Assembly: GCA_040954595.2 (NCBI GenBank)
Contig: CM082577.2
Span: 15,507,903 to 15,571,902 of the forward strand
From: Balanoglossus misakiensis
Lineage: Eukaryota; Animalia; Hemichordata
DNA length: 64,000 nt
Direction: 5' to 3'
Shown: positions 15,001 through 30,000 of the stretch, piece by piece
Layout: the number at the start of each line of letters is the position of its first letter
Numbering within the stretch: position 1 is the stretch's first letter
The notes under the pieces: generated by a model
What the model was told of the DNA's origin: nothing
Database searches by the model: none
What the model saw: the letters and a program-made list of their open reading frames with translations, nothing else
Translations under genes and position numbers: made by a program

Positions 15001-18000
15001 GCTGAGGAGAGCACCTTCCTTCCCGGCACGCCACCAAGTAAAGTTCCACGCCGCCCACCACAGATGCCAGCATTCATTCATGCGAGTGAGTGTAATTGCA
15101 AATTTGCCTATTCTAGAATCTTACGTGCCATTGGAGAGCTCCATTGACTGGTCATTCATACTGTTTTCATTCATTCATTGCGGCATCAATATATTTTATC
15201 TATTCTAGCCAAAGAGCTTGGCACCTGTTGAAATGAACTCATCTGCTGTGGGCCAGTTTATTGGTGGCAGTTGAGCTGAGGAGAGCACCTTCCTTCCCGG
15301 CACGCCACCAAGTAAAGTTCCACGCCGCCCACCACAGATGCCAGCATTCATTCATGCGAGTGAGTGTAATTGCAAATTTGCCTATTCTAGAATCTTACGT
15401 GCCATTGGAGAGCTCCATTGACTGGTCATTCATACTGTTTTCATTCATTCATTGCGGCATCAATATATTTTATCTATTCTAGCCGAAGAGCTTGGCACCT
15501 GTTGAAATGAACTCATCTGCTGTGGGCCAGTTTATTGGTGGCAGTTGAGCTGAGGAGAGCACCTTCCTTCCCGGCACGCCACCAAGTAAAGTTCCACGCC
15601 GCCCACCACAGATGCCAGCATTCATTCATGCGAGTGAGTGTAATTGCAAATTTGCCTATTCTAGATCTGTAATGGAAATGGAGAAAGTACCTTATATTTT
15701 CTGTAAAATAGACATTTAATTGGCAAGCCGTCCTGCATCAATTATTAATTGTGTACATGCACTAAAGCGCCCTCACTGCTGGGTGTGTTGTATGGTCTTT
15801 AACCCTGTTTCAAATTAGAGTACTTTCTGCAATTTCAAGACAGATCTTACGTGCCATTGGAGAGCTCCATTGACTGGTCATTCATACTGTTTTCATTCAT
15901 TCATTGCGGCATCAATATATTTTATCTATTCTAGCCAAAGAGCTTGGCACCTGTTGAAATGAACTCATCTGCTGTGGGCCAGTTTATTGGTGGCAGTTGA
16001 GCTGAGGAGAGCACCTTCTTTCCCGGCACGCCACCAAGTAAAGTTCCACGCCGCCCACCACAGATGCCAGCATTCATTCATGCGAGTGAGTGTAATTGCA
16101 AATTTGCCTATTCTAGAATCTTACGTGCCATTGGAGAGCTCCATTGACTGGTCATTCATACTGTTTTCATTCATTCATTGCGGCATCAATATATTTTATC
16201 TATTCTAGCCAAAGAGCTTGGCACCTGTTGAAATGAACTCATCTGCTGTGGGCCAGTTTATTGGTGGCAGTTGAGCTGAGGAGAGCACCTTCTTTCCCGG
16301 CACGCCACCAAGTAAAGTTCCACGCCGCCCACCACAGATGCCAGCATTCATTCATGCGAGTGAGTGTAATTGCAAATTTGCCTATTTACGTGCCATTGGA
16401 GAGCTCCATTGACTGGTCATTCATACTGTTTTCATTCATTCATTGCGGCATCAATATATTTTATCTATTCTAGCCAAAGAGCTTGGCACCTGTTGAAATG
16501 AACTCATCTGCTGTGGGCCAGTTTATTGGTGGCAGTTGAGCTGAGGAGAGCACCTTCCTTCCCGGCACGCCACCAAGTAAAGTTCCACGCCGCCCACCAC
16601 AGATGCCAGCATTCATTCATGCGAGTGAGTGTAATTGCAAATTTGCCTATTCTAGAATCTTACGTGCCATTGGAGAGCTCCATTGACTGGTCATTCATAC
16701 TGTTTTCATTCATTCATTGCGGCATCAATATATTTTATCTATTCTAGCCGAAGAGCTTGGCACCTGTTGAAATGAACTCATCTGCTGTGGGCCAGTTTAT
16801 TGGTGGCAGTTGAGCTGAGGAGAGCACCTTCCTTCCCGGCACGCCACCAAGTAAAGTTCCACGCCGCCCACCACAGATGCCAGCATTCATTCATGCGAGT
16901 GAGTGTAATTGCAAATTTGCCTATTCTAGATCTGTAATGGAAATGGAGAAAGTACCTTATATTTTCTGTAAAATAGACATTTAATTGGCAAGCCGTCCTG
17001 CATCAATTATTAATTGTGTACATGCACTAAAGCGCCCTCACTGCTGGGTGTGTTGTATGGTCTTTAACCCTGTTTCAAATTAGAGTACTTTCTGCAATTT
17101 CAAGACAGATCTTACGTGCCATTGGAGAGCTCCATTGACTGGTCATTCATACTGTTTTCATTCATTCATTGCGGCATCAATATATTTTATCTATTCTAGC
17201 CAAAGAGCTTGGCACCTGTTGAAATGAACTCATCTGCTGTGGGCCAGTTTATTGGTGGCAGTTGAGCTGAGGAGAGCACCTTCCTTCCCGGCACGCCACC
17301 AAGTAAAGTTCCACGCCGCCCACCACAGATGCCAGCATTCATTCATGCGAGTGAGTGTAATTGCAAATTTGCCTATTCTAGATCTGTAATGGAAATGGAG
17401 AAAGTACCTTATATTTTCTGTAAAATAGACATTTAATTGGCAAGCCGTCCTGCATCAATTATTAATTGTGTACATGCACTAAAGCGCCCTCACTGCTGGG
17501 TGTGTTGTATGGTCTTTAACCCTGTTTCAAATTAGAGTACTTTCTGCAATTTCAAGACAGATCTTACGTGCCATTGGAGAGCTCCATTGACTGGTCATTC
17601 ATACTGTTTTCATTCATTCATTGCGGCATCAATATATTTTATCTATTCTAGCCAAAGAGCTTGGCACCTGTTGAAATGAACTCATCTGCTGTGGGCCAGT
17701 TTATTGGTGGCAGTTGAGCTGAGGAGAGCACCTTCTTTCCCGGCACGCCACCAAGTAAAGTTCCACGCCGCCCACCACAGATGCCAGCATTCATTCATGC
17801 GAGTGAGTGTAATTGCAAATTTGCCTATTCTAGATCTGTAATGGAAATGGAGAAAGTACCTTATATTTTCTGTAAAATAGACATTTAATTGGCAAGCCGT
17901 CCTGCATCAATTATTAATTGTGTACATGCACTAAAGCGCCCTCACTGCTGGGTGTGTTGTATGGTCTTTAACCCTGTTTCAAATTAGAGTACTTTCTGCA

Positions 18001-21000
18001 ATTTCAAGACAGATCTTACGTGCCATTGGAGAGCTCCATTGACTGGTCATTCATACTGTTTTCATTCATTCATTGCGGCATCAATATATTTTATCTATTC
18101 TAGCCAAAGAGCTTGGCACCTGTTGAAATGAACTCATCTGCTGTGGGCCAGTTTATTGGTGGCAGTTGAGCTGAGGAGAGCACCTTCCTTCCCGGCACGC
18201 CACCAAGTAAAGTTCCACGCCGCCCACCACAGATGCCAGCATTCATTCATGCGAGTGAGTGTAATTGCAAATTTGCCTATTCTAGATCTGTAATGGAAAT
18301 GGAGAAAGTACCTTATATTTTCTGTAAAATAGACATTTAATTGGCAAGCCGTCCTGCATCAATTATTAATTGTGTACATGCACTAAAGCGCCCTCACTGC
18401 TGGGTGTGTTGTATGGTCTTTAACCCTGTTTCAAATTAGAGTACTTTCTGCAATTTCAAGACAGATCTTACGTGCCATTGGAGAGCTCCATTGACTGGTC
18501 ATTCATACTGTTTTCATTCATTCATTGCGGCATCAATATATTTTATCTATTCTAGCCAAAGAGCTTGGCACCTGTTGAAATGAACTCATCTGCTGTGGGC
18601 CAGTTTATTGGTGGCAGTTGAGCTGAGGAGAGCACCTTCCTTCCCGGCACGCCACCAAGTAAAGTTCCACGCCGCCCACCACAGATGCCAGCATTCATTC
18701 ATGCGAGTGAGTGTAATTGCAAATTTGCCTATTCTAGAATTCTTACGTGCCATTGGAGAGCTCCATTGACTGGTCATTCATACTGTTTTCATTCATTCAT
18801 TGCGGCATCAATATATTTTATCTATTCTAGCCAAAGAGCTTGGCACCTGTTGAAATGAACTCATCTGCTGTGGGCCAGTTTATTGGTGGCAGTTGAGCTG
18901 AGGAGAGCACCTTCCTTCCCGGCACGCCACCAAGTAAAGTTCCACGCCGCCCACCACAGATGCCAGCATTCATTCATGCGAGTGAGTGTAATTGCAAATT
19001 TGCCTATTCTAGATCTGTAATGGAAATGGAGAAAGTACCTTATATTTTCTGTAAAATAGACATTTAATTGGCAAGCCGTCCTGCATCAATTATTAATTGT
19101 GTACATGCACTAAAGCGCCCTCACTGCTGGGTGTGTTGTATGGTCTTTAACCCTGTTTCAAATTAGAGTACTTTCTGCAATTTCAAGACAGATCTTACGT
19201 GCCATTGGAGAGCTCCATTGACTGGTCATTCATACTGTTTTCATTCATTCATTGCGGCATCAATATATTTTATCTATTCTAGCCAAAGAGCTTGGCACCT
19301 GTTGAAATGAACTCATCTGCTGTGGGCCAGTTTATTGGTGGCAGTTGAGCTGAGGAGAGCACCTTCTTTCCCGGCACGCCACCAAGTAAAGTTCCACGCC
19401 GCCCACCACAGATGCCAGCATTCATTCATGCGAGTGAGTGTAATTGCAAATTTGCCTATTCTAGAATCTTACGTGCCATTGGAGAGCTCCATTGACTGGT
19501 CATTCATACTGTTTTCATTCATTCATTGCGGCATCAATATATTTTATCTATTCTAGCCAAAGAGCTTGGCACCTGTTGAAATGAACTCATCTGCTGTGGG
19601 CCAGTTTATTGGTGGCAGTTGAGCTGAGGAGAGCACCTTCTTTCCCGGCACGCCACCAAGTAAAGTTCCACGCCGCCCACCACAGATGCCAGCATTCATT
19701 CATGCGAGTGAGTGTAATTGCAAATTTGCCTATTTACGTGCCATTGGAGAGCTCCATTGACTGGTCATTCATACTGTTTTCATTCATTCATTGCGGCATC
19801 AATATATTTTATCTATTCTAGCCAAAGAGCTTGGCACCTGTTGAAATGAACTCATCTGCTGTGGGCCAGTTTATTGGTGGCAGTTGAGCTGAGGAGAGCA
19901 CCTTCCTTCCCGGCACGCCACCAAGTAAAGTTCCACGCCGCCCACCACAGATGCCAGCATTCATTCATGCGAGTGAGTGTAATTGCAAATTTGCCTATTC
20001 TAGATCTGTAATGGAAATGGAGAAAGTACCTTATATTTTCTGTAAAATAGACATTTAATTGGCAAGCCGTCCTGCATCAATTATTAATTGTGTACATGCA
20101 CTAAAGCGCCCTCACTGCTGGGTGTGTTGTATGGTCTTTAACCCTGTTTCAAATTAGAGTACTTTCTGCAATTTCAAGACAGATCTTACGTGCCATTGGA
20201 GAGCTCCATTGACTGGTCATTCATACTGTTTTCATTCATTCATTGCGGCATCAATATATTTTATCTATTCTAGCCAAAGAGCTTGGCACCTGTTGAAATG
20301 AACTCATCTGCTGTGGGCCAGTTTATTGGTGGCAGTTGAGCTGAGGAGAGCACCTTCTTTCCCGGCACGCCACCAAGTAAAGTTCCACGCCGCCCACCAC
20401 AGATGCCAGCATTCATTCATGCGAGTGAGTGTAATTGCAAATTTGCCTATTCTAGAATCTTACGTGCCATTGGAGAGCTCCATTGACTGGTCATTCATAC
20501 TGTTTTCATTTATTCATTGCGGCATCAATATATTTTATCTATTCTAGCCAAAGAGCTTGGCACCTGTTGAAATGAACTCATCTGCTGTGGGCCAGTTTAT
20601 TGGTGGCAGTTGAGCTGAGGAGAGCACCTTCTTTCCCGGCACGCCACCAAGTAAAGTTCCACGCCGCCCACCACAGATGCCAGCATTCATTCATGCGAGT
20701 GAGTGTAATTGCAAATTTGCCTATTCTAGAATCTTACGTGCCATTGGAGAGCTCCATTGACTGGTCATTCATACTGTTTTCATTCATTCATTGCAGCATC
20801 AATATATTTTATCTATTCTAGCCAAAGAGCTTGGCACCTGTTGAAATGAACTCATCTGCTGTGGGCCAGTTTATTGGTGGCAGTTGAGCTGAGGAGAGCA
20901 CCTTCCTTCCCGGCACGCCACCAAGTAAAGTTCCACGCCGCCCACCACAGATGCCAGCATTCATTCATGCGAGTGAGTGTAATTGCAAATTTGCCTATTC

Positions 21001-24000
21001 TAGAATCTTACGTGCCATTGGAGAGCTCCATTGACTGGTCATTCATACTGTTTTCATTCATTCATTGCGGCATCAATATATTTTATCTATTCTAGCCAAA
21101 GAGCTTGGCACCTGTTGAAATGAACTCATCTGCTGTGGGCCAGTTTATTGGTGGCAGTTGAGCTGAGGAGAGCACCTTCCTTCCCGGCACGCCACCAAGT
21201 AAAGTTCCACGCCGCCCACCACAGATGCCAGCATTCATTCATGCGAGTGAGTGTAATTGCAAATTTGCCTATTCTAGAATCTTACGTGCCATTGGAGAGC
21301 TCCATTGACTGGTCATTCATACTGTTTTCATTCATTCATTGCGGCATCAATATATTTTATCTATTCTAGCCGAAGAGCTTGGCACCTGTTGAAATGAACT
21401 CATCTGCTGTGGGCCAGTTTATTGGTGGCAGTTGAGCTGAGGAGAGCACCTTCCTTCCCGGCACGCCACCAAGTAAAGTTCCACGCCGCCCACCACAGAT
21501 GCCAGCATTCATTCATGCGAGTGAGTGTAATTGCAAATTTGCCTATTCTAGATCTGTAATGGAAATGGAGAAAGTACCTTATATTTTCTGTAAAATAGAC
21601 ATTTAATTGGCAAGCCGTCCTGCATCAATTATTAATTGTGTACATGCACTAAAGCGCCCTCACTGCTGGGTGTGTTGTATGGTCTTTAACCCTGTTTCAA
21701 ATTAGAGTACTTTCTGCAATTTCAAGACAGATCTTACGTGCCATTGGAGAGCTCCATTGACTGGTCATTCATACTGTTTTCATTCATTCATTGCGGCATC
21801 AATATATTTTATCTATTCTAGCCAAAGAGCTTGGCACCTGTTGAAATGAACTCATCTGCTGTGGGCCAGTTTATTGGTGGCAGTTGAGCTGAGGAGAGCA
21901 CCTTCCTTCCCGGCACGCCACCAAGTAAAGTTCCACGCCGCCCACCACAGATGCCAGCATTCATTCATGCGAGTGAGTGTAATTGCAAATTTGCCTATTC
22001 TAGATTCTTACGTGCCATTGGAGAGCTCCATTGACTGGTCATTCATACTGTTTTCATTCATTCATTGCGGCATCAATATATTTTATCTATTCTAGCCAAA
22101 GAGCTTGGCACCTGTTGAAATGAACTCATCTGCTGTGGGCCAGTTTATTGGTGGCAGTTGAGCTGAGGAGAGCACCTTCCTTCCCGGCACGCCACCAAGT
22201 AAAGTTCCACGCCGCCCACCACAGATGCCAGCATTCATTCATGCGAGTGAGTGTAATTGCAAATTTGCCTATTCTAGAATCTTACGTGCCATTGGAGAGC
22301 TCCATTGACTGGTCATTCATACTGTTTTCATTCATTCATTGCGGCATCAATATATTTTATCTATTCTAGCCAAAGAGCTTGGCACCTGTTGAAATGAACT
22401 CATCTGCTGTGGGCCAGTTTATTGGTGGCAGTTGAGCTGAGGAGAGCACCTTCCTTCCCGGCACGCCACCAAGTAAAGTTCCACGCCGCCCACCACAGAT
22501 GCCAGCATTCATTCATGCGAGTGAGTGTAATTGCAAATTTGCCTATTCTAGATCTGTAATGGAAATGGAGAAAGTACCTTATATTTTCTGTAAAATAGAC
22601 ATTTAATTGGCAAGCCGTCCTGCATCAATTATTAATTGTGTACATGCACTAAAGCGCCCTCACTGCTGGGTGTGTTGTATGGTCTTTAACCCTGTTTCAA
22701 ATTAGAGTACTTTCTGCAATTTCAAGACAGATCTTACGTGCCATTGGAGAGCTCCATTGACTGGTCATTCATACTGTTTTCATTCATTCATTGCGGCATC
22801 AATATATTTTATCTATTCTAGCCAAAGAGCTTGGCACCTGTTGAAATGAACTCATCTGCTGTGGGCCAGTTTATTGGTGGCAGTTGAGCTGAGGAGAGCA
22901 CCTTCCTTCCCGGCACGCCACCAAGTAAAGTTCCACGCCGCCCACCACAGATGCCAGCATTCATTCATGCGAGTGAGTGTAATTGCAAATTTGCCTATTC
23001 TAGATCTGTAATGGAAATGGAGAAAGTACCTTATATTTTCTGTAAAATAGACATTTAATTGGCAAGCCGTCCTGCATCAATTATTAATTGTGTACATGCA
23101 CTAAAGCGCCCTCACTGCTGGGTGTGTTGTATGGTCTTTAACCCTGTTTCAAATTAGAGTACTTTCTGCAATTTCAAGACAGATCTTACGTGCCATTGGA
23201 GAGCTCCATTGACTGGTCATTCATACTGTTTTCATTCATTCATTGCGGCATCAATATATTTTATCTATTCTAGCCAAAGAGCTTGGCACCTGTTGAAATG
23301 AACTCATCTGCTGTGGGCCAGTTTATTGGTGGCAGTTGAGCTGAGGAGAGCACCTTCCTTCCCGGCACGCCACCAAGTAAAGTTCCACGCCGCCCACCAC
23401 AGATGCCAGCATTCATTCATGCGAGTGAGTGTAATTGCAAATTTGCCTATTCTAGATCTGTAATGGAAATGGAGAAAGTACCTTATATTTTCTGTAAAAT
23501 AGACATTTAATTGGCAAGCCGTCCTGCATCAATTATTAATTGTGTACATGCACTAAAGCGCCCTCACTGCTGGGTGTGTTGTATGGTCTTTAACCCTGTT
23601 TCAAATTAGAGTACTTTCTGCAATTTCAAGACAGATCTTACGTGCCATTGGAGAGCTCCATTGACTGGTCATTCATACTGTTTTCATTCATTCATTGCGG
23701 CATCAATATATTTTATCTATTCTAGCCAAAGAGCTTGGCACCTGTTGAAATGAACTCATCTGCTGTGGGCCAGTTTATTGGTGGCAGTTGAGCTGAGGAG
23801 AGCACCTTCCTTCCCGGCACGCCACCAAGTAAAGTTCCACGCCGCCCACCACAGATGCCAGCATTCATTCATGCGAGTGAGTGTAATTGCAAATTTGCCT
23901 ATTCTAGATCTGTAATGGAAATGGAGAAAGTACCTTATATTTTCTGTAAAATAGACATTTAATTGGCAAGCCGTCCTGCATCAATTATTAATTGTGTACA

Positions 24001-27000
24001 TGCACTAAAGCGCCCTCACTGCTGGGTGTGTTGTATGGTCTTTAACCCTGTTTCAAATTAGAGTACTTTCTGCAATTTCAAGACAGATCTTACGTGCCAT
24101 TGGAGAGCTCCATTGACTGGTCATTCATACTGTTTTCATTCATTCATTGCGGCATCAATATATTTTATCTATTCTAGCCAAAGAGCTTGGCACCTGTTGA
24201 AATGAACTCATCTGCTGTGGGCCAGTTTATTGGTGGCAGTTGAGCTGAGGAGAGCACCTTCCTTCCCGGCACGCCACCAAGTAAAGTTCCACGCCGCCCA
24301 CCACAGATGCCAGCATTCATTCATGCGAGTGAGTGTAATTGCAAATTTGCCTATTCTAGATCTGTAATGGAAATGGAGAAAGTACCTTATATTTTCTGTA
24401 AAATAGACATTTAATTGGCAAGCCGTCCTGCATCAATTATTAATTGTGTACATGCACTAAAGCGCCCTCACTGCTGGGTGTGTTGTATGGTCTTTAACCC
24501 TGTTTCAAATTAGAGTACTTTCTGCAATTTCAAGACAGATCTTACGTGCCATTGGAGAGCTCCATTGACTGGTCATTCATACTGTTTTCATTCATTCATT
24601 GCGGCATCAATATATTTTATCTATTCTAGCCAAAGAGCTTGGCACCTGTTGAAATGAACTCATCTGCTGTGGGCCAGTTTATTGGTGGCAGTTGAGCTGA
24701 GGAGAGCACCTTCCTTCCCGGCACGCCACCAAGTAAAGTTCCACGCCGCCCACCACAGATGCCAGCATTCATTCATGCGAGTGAGTGTAATTGCAAATTT
24801 GCCTATTCTAGATCTGTAATGGAAATGGAGAAAGTACCTTATATTTTCTGTAAAATAGACATTTAATTGGCAAGCCGTCCTGCATCAATTATTAATTGTG
24901 TACATGCACTAAAGCGCCCTCACTGCTGGGTGTGTTGTATGGTCTTTAACCCTGTTTCAAATTAGAGTACTTTCTGCAATTTCAAGACAGATCTTACGTG
25001 CCATTGGAGAGCTCCATTGACTGGTCATTCATACTGTTTTCATTCATTCATTGCGGCATCAATATATTTTATCTATTCTAGCCAAAGAGCTTGGCACCTG
25101 TTGAAATGAACTCATCTGCTGTGGGCCAGTTTATTGGTGGCAGTTGAGCTGAGGAGAGCACCTTCTTTCCCGGCACGCCACCAAGTAAAGTTCCACGCCG
25201 CCCACCACAGATGCCAGCATTCATTCATGCGAGTGAGTGTAATTGCAAATTTGCCTATTTACGTGCCATTGGAGAGCTCCATTGACTGGTCATTCATACT
25301 GTTTTCATTCATTCATTGCGGCATCAATATATTTTATCTATTCTAGCCAAAGAGCTTGGCACCTGTTGAAATGAACTCATCTGCTGTGGGCCAGTTTATT
25401 GGTGGCAGTTGAGCTGAGGAGAGCACCTTCCTTCCCGGCACGCCACCAAGTAAAGTTCCACGCCGCCCACCACAGATGCCAGCATTCATTCATGCGAGTG
25501 AGTGTAATTGCAAATTTGCCTATTCTAGATCTGTAATGGAAATGGAGAAAGTACCTTATATTTTCTGTAAAATAGACATTTAATTGGCAAGCCGTCCTGC
25601 ATCAATTATTAATTGTGTACATGCACTAAAGCGCCCTCACTGCTGGGTGTGTTGTATGGTCTTTAACCCTGTTTCAAATTAGAGTACTTTCTGCAATTTC
25701 AAGACAGATCTTACGTGCCATTGGAGAGCTCCATTGACTGGTCATTCATACTGTTTTCATTCATTCATTGCGGCATCAATATATTTTATCTATTCTAGCC
25801 AAAGAGCTTGGCACCTGTTGAAATGAACTCATCTGCTGTGGGCCAGTTTATTGGTGGCAGTTGAGCTGAGGAGAGCACCTTCCTTCCCGGCACGCCACCA
25901 AGTAAAGTTCCACGCCGCCCACCACAGATGCCAGCATTCATTCATGCGAGTGAGTGTAATTGCAAATTTGCCTATTCTAGAATTCTTACGTGCCATTGGA
26001 GAGCTCCATTGACTGGTCATTCATACTGTTTTCATTCATTCATTGCGGCATCAATATATTTTATCTATTCTAGCCAAAGAGCTTGGCACCTGTTGAAATG
26101 AACTCATCTGCTGTGGGCCAGTTTATTGGTGGCAGTTGAGCTGAGGAGAGCACCTTCCTTCCCGGCACGCCACCAAGTAAAGTTCCACGCCGCCCACCAC
26201 AGATGCCAGCATTCATTCATGCGAGTGAGTGTAATTGCAAATTTGCCTATTCTAGATCTGTAATGGAAATGGAGAAAGTACCTTATATTTTCTGTAAAAT
26301 AGACATTTAATTGGCAAGCCGTCCTGCATCAATTATTAATTGTGTACATGCACTAAAGCGCCCTCACTGCTGGGTGTGTTGTATGGTCTTTAACCCTGTT
26401 TCAAATTAGAGTACTTTCTGCAATTTCAAGACAGATCTTACGTGCCATTGGAGAGCTCCATTGACTGGTCATTCATACTGTTTTCATTCATTCATTGCGG
26501 CATCAATATATTTTATCTATTCTAGCCAAAGAGCTTGGCACCTGTTGAAATGAACTCATCTGCTGTGGGCCAGTTTATTGGTGGCAGTTGAGCTGAGGAG
26601 AGCACCTTCTTTCCCGGCACGCCACCAAGTAAAGTTCCACGCCGCCCACCACAGATGCCAGCATTCATTCATGCGAGTGAGTGTAATTGCAAATTTGCCT
26701 ATTCTAGAATCTTACGTGCCATTGGAGAGCTCCATTGACTGGTCATTCATACTGTTTTCATTCATTCATTGCGGCATCAATATATTTTATCTATTCTAGC
26801 CAAAGAGCTTGGCACCTGTTGAAATGAACTCATCTGCTGTGGGCCAGTTTATTGGTGGCAGTTGAGCTGAGGAGAGCACCTTCTTTCCCGGCACGCCACC
26901 AAGTAAAGTTCCACGCCGCCCACCACAGATGCCAGCATTCATTCATGCGAGTGAGTGTAATTGCAAATTTGCCTATTTACGTGCCATTGGAGAGCTCCAT

Positions 27001-30000
27001 TGACTGGTCATTCATACTGTTTTCATTCATTCATTGCGGCATCAATATATTTTATCTATTCTAGCCAAAGAGCTTGGCACCTGTTGAAATGAACTCATCT
27101 GCTGTGGGCCAGTTTATTGGTGGCAGTTGAGCTGAGGAGAGCACCTTCCTTCCCGGCACGCCACCAAGTAAAGTTCCACGCCGCCCACCACAGATGCCAG
27201 CATTCATTCATGCGAGTGAGTGTAATTGCAAATTTGCCTATTCTAGATCTGTAATGGAAATGGAGAAAGTACCTTATATTTTCTGTAAAATAGACATTTA
27301 ATTGGCAAGCCGTCCTGCATCAATTATTAATTGTGTACATGCACTAAAGCGCCCTCACTGCTGGGTGTGTTGTATGGTCTTTAACCCTGTTTCAAATTAG
27401 AGTACTTTCTGCAATTTCAAGACAGATCTTACGTGCCATTGGAGAGCTCCATTGACTGGTCATTCATACTGTTTTCATTCATTCATTGCGGCATCAATAT
27501 ATTTTATCTATTCTAGCCAAAGAGCTTGGCACCTGTTGAAATGAACTCATCTGCTGTGGGCCAGTTTATTGGTGGCAGTTGAGCTGAGGAGAGCACCTTC
27601 TTTCCCGGCACGCCACCAAGTAAAGTTCCACGCCGCCCACCACAGATGCCAGCATTCATTCATGCGAGTGAGTGTAATTGCAAATTTGCCTATTCTAGAA
27701 TCTTACGTGCCATTGGAGAGCTCCATTGACTGGTCATTCATACTGTTTTCATTCATTCATTGCGGCATCAATATATTTTATCTATTCTAGCCAAAGAGCT
27801 TGGCACCTGTTGAAATGAACTCATCTGCTGTGGGCCAGTTTATTGGTGGCAGTTGAGCTGAGGAGAGCACCTTCTTTCCCGGCACGCCACCAAGTAAAGT
27901 TCCACGCCGCCCACCACAGATGCCAGCATTCATTCATGCGAGTGAGTGTAATTGCAAATTTGCCTATTCTAGAATCTTACGTGCCATTGGAGAGCTCCAT
28001 TGACTGGTCATTCATACTGTTTTCATTCATTCATTGCGGCATCAATATATTTTATCTATTCTAGCCAAAGAGCTTGGCACCTGTTGAAATGAACTCATCT
28101 GCTGTGGGCCAGTTTATTGGTGGCAGTTGAGCTGAGGAGAGCACCTTCCTTCCCGGCACGCCACCAAGTAAAGTTCCACGCCGCCCACCACAGATGCCAG
28201 CATTCATTCATGCGAGTGAGTGTAATTGCAAATTTGCCTATTCTAGAATCTTACGTGCCATTGGAGAGCTCCATTGACTGGTCATTCATACTGTTTTCAT
28301 TCATTCATTGCGGCATCAATATATTTTATCTATTCTAGCCAAAGAGCTTGGCACCTGTTGAAATGAACTCATCTGCTGTGGGCCAGTTTATTGGTGGCAG
28401 TTGAGCTGAGGAGAGCACCTTCCTTCCCGGCACGCCACCAAGTAAAGTTCCACGCCGCCCACCACAGATGCCAGCATTCATTCATGCGAGTGAGTGTAAT
28501 TGCAAATTTGCCTATTCTAGAATCTTACGTGCCATTGGAGAGCTCCATTGACTGGTCATTCATACTGTTTTCATTCATTCATTGCGGCATCAATATATTT
28601 TATCTATTCTAGCCGAAGAGCTTGGCACCTGTTGAAATGAACTCATCTGCTGTGGGCCAGTTTATTGGTGGCAGTTGAGCTGAGGAGAGCACCTTCCTTC
28701 CCGGCACGCCACCAAGTAAAGTTCCACGCCGCCCACCACAGATGCCAGCATTCATTCATGCGAGTGAGTGTAATTGCAAATTTGCCTATTCTAGATCTGT
28801 AATGGAAATGGAGAAAGTACCTTATATTTTCTGTAAAATAGACATTTAATTGGCAAGCCGTCCTGCATCAATTATTAATTGTGTACATGCACTAAAGCGC
28901 CCTCACTGCTGGGTGTGTTGTATGGTCTTTAACCCTGTTTCAAATTAGAGTACTTTCTGCAATTTCAAGACAGATCTTACGTGCCATTGGAGAGCTCCAT
29001 TGACTGGTCATTCATACTGTTTTCATTCATTCATTGCGGCATCAATATATTTTATCTATTCTAGCCAAAGAGCTTGGCACCTGTTGAAATGAACTCATCT
29101 GCTGTGGGCCAGTTTATTGGTGGCAGTAGAGCTGAGGAGAGCACCTTCCTTCCCGGCACGCCACCAAGTAAAGTTCCACGCCGCCCACCACAGATGCCAG
29201 CATTCATTCATGCGAGTGAGTGTAATTGCAAATTTGCCTATTCTAGATTCTTACGTGCCATTGGAGAGCTCCATTGACTGGTCATTCATACTGTTTTCAT
29301 TCATTCATTGCGGCATCAATATATTTTATCTATTCTAGCCAAAGAGCTTGGCACCTGTTGAAATGAACTCATCTGCTGTGGGCCAGTTTATTGGTGGCAG
29401 TTGAGCTGAGGAGAGCACCTTCCTTCCCGGCACGCCACCAAGTAAAGTTCCACGCCGCCCACCACAGATGCCAGCATTCATTCATGCGAGTGAGTGTAAT
29501 TGCAAATTTGCCTATTCTAGAATCTTACGTGCCATTGGAGAGCTCCATTGACTGGTCATTCATACTGTTTTCATTCATTCATTGCGGCATCAATATATTT
29601 TATCTATTCTAGCCAAAGAGCTTGGCACCTGTTGAAATGAACTCATCTGCTGTGGGCCAGTTTATTGGTGGCAGTTGAGCTGAGGAGAGCACCTTCCTTC
29701 CCGGCACGCCACCAAGTAAAGTTCCACGCCGCCCACCACAGATGCCAGCATTCATTCATGCGAGTGAGTGTAATTGCAAATTTGCCTATTCTAGATCTGT
29801 AATGGAAATGGAGAAAGTACCTTATATTTTCTGTAAAATAGACATTTAATTGGCAAGCCGTCCTGCATCAATTATTAATTGTGTACATGCACTAAAGCGC
29901 CCTCACTGCTGGGTGTGTTGTATGGTCTTTAACCCTGTTTCAAATTAGAGTACTTTCTGCAATTTCAAGACAGATCTTACGTGCCATTGGAGAGCTCCAT

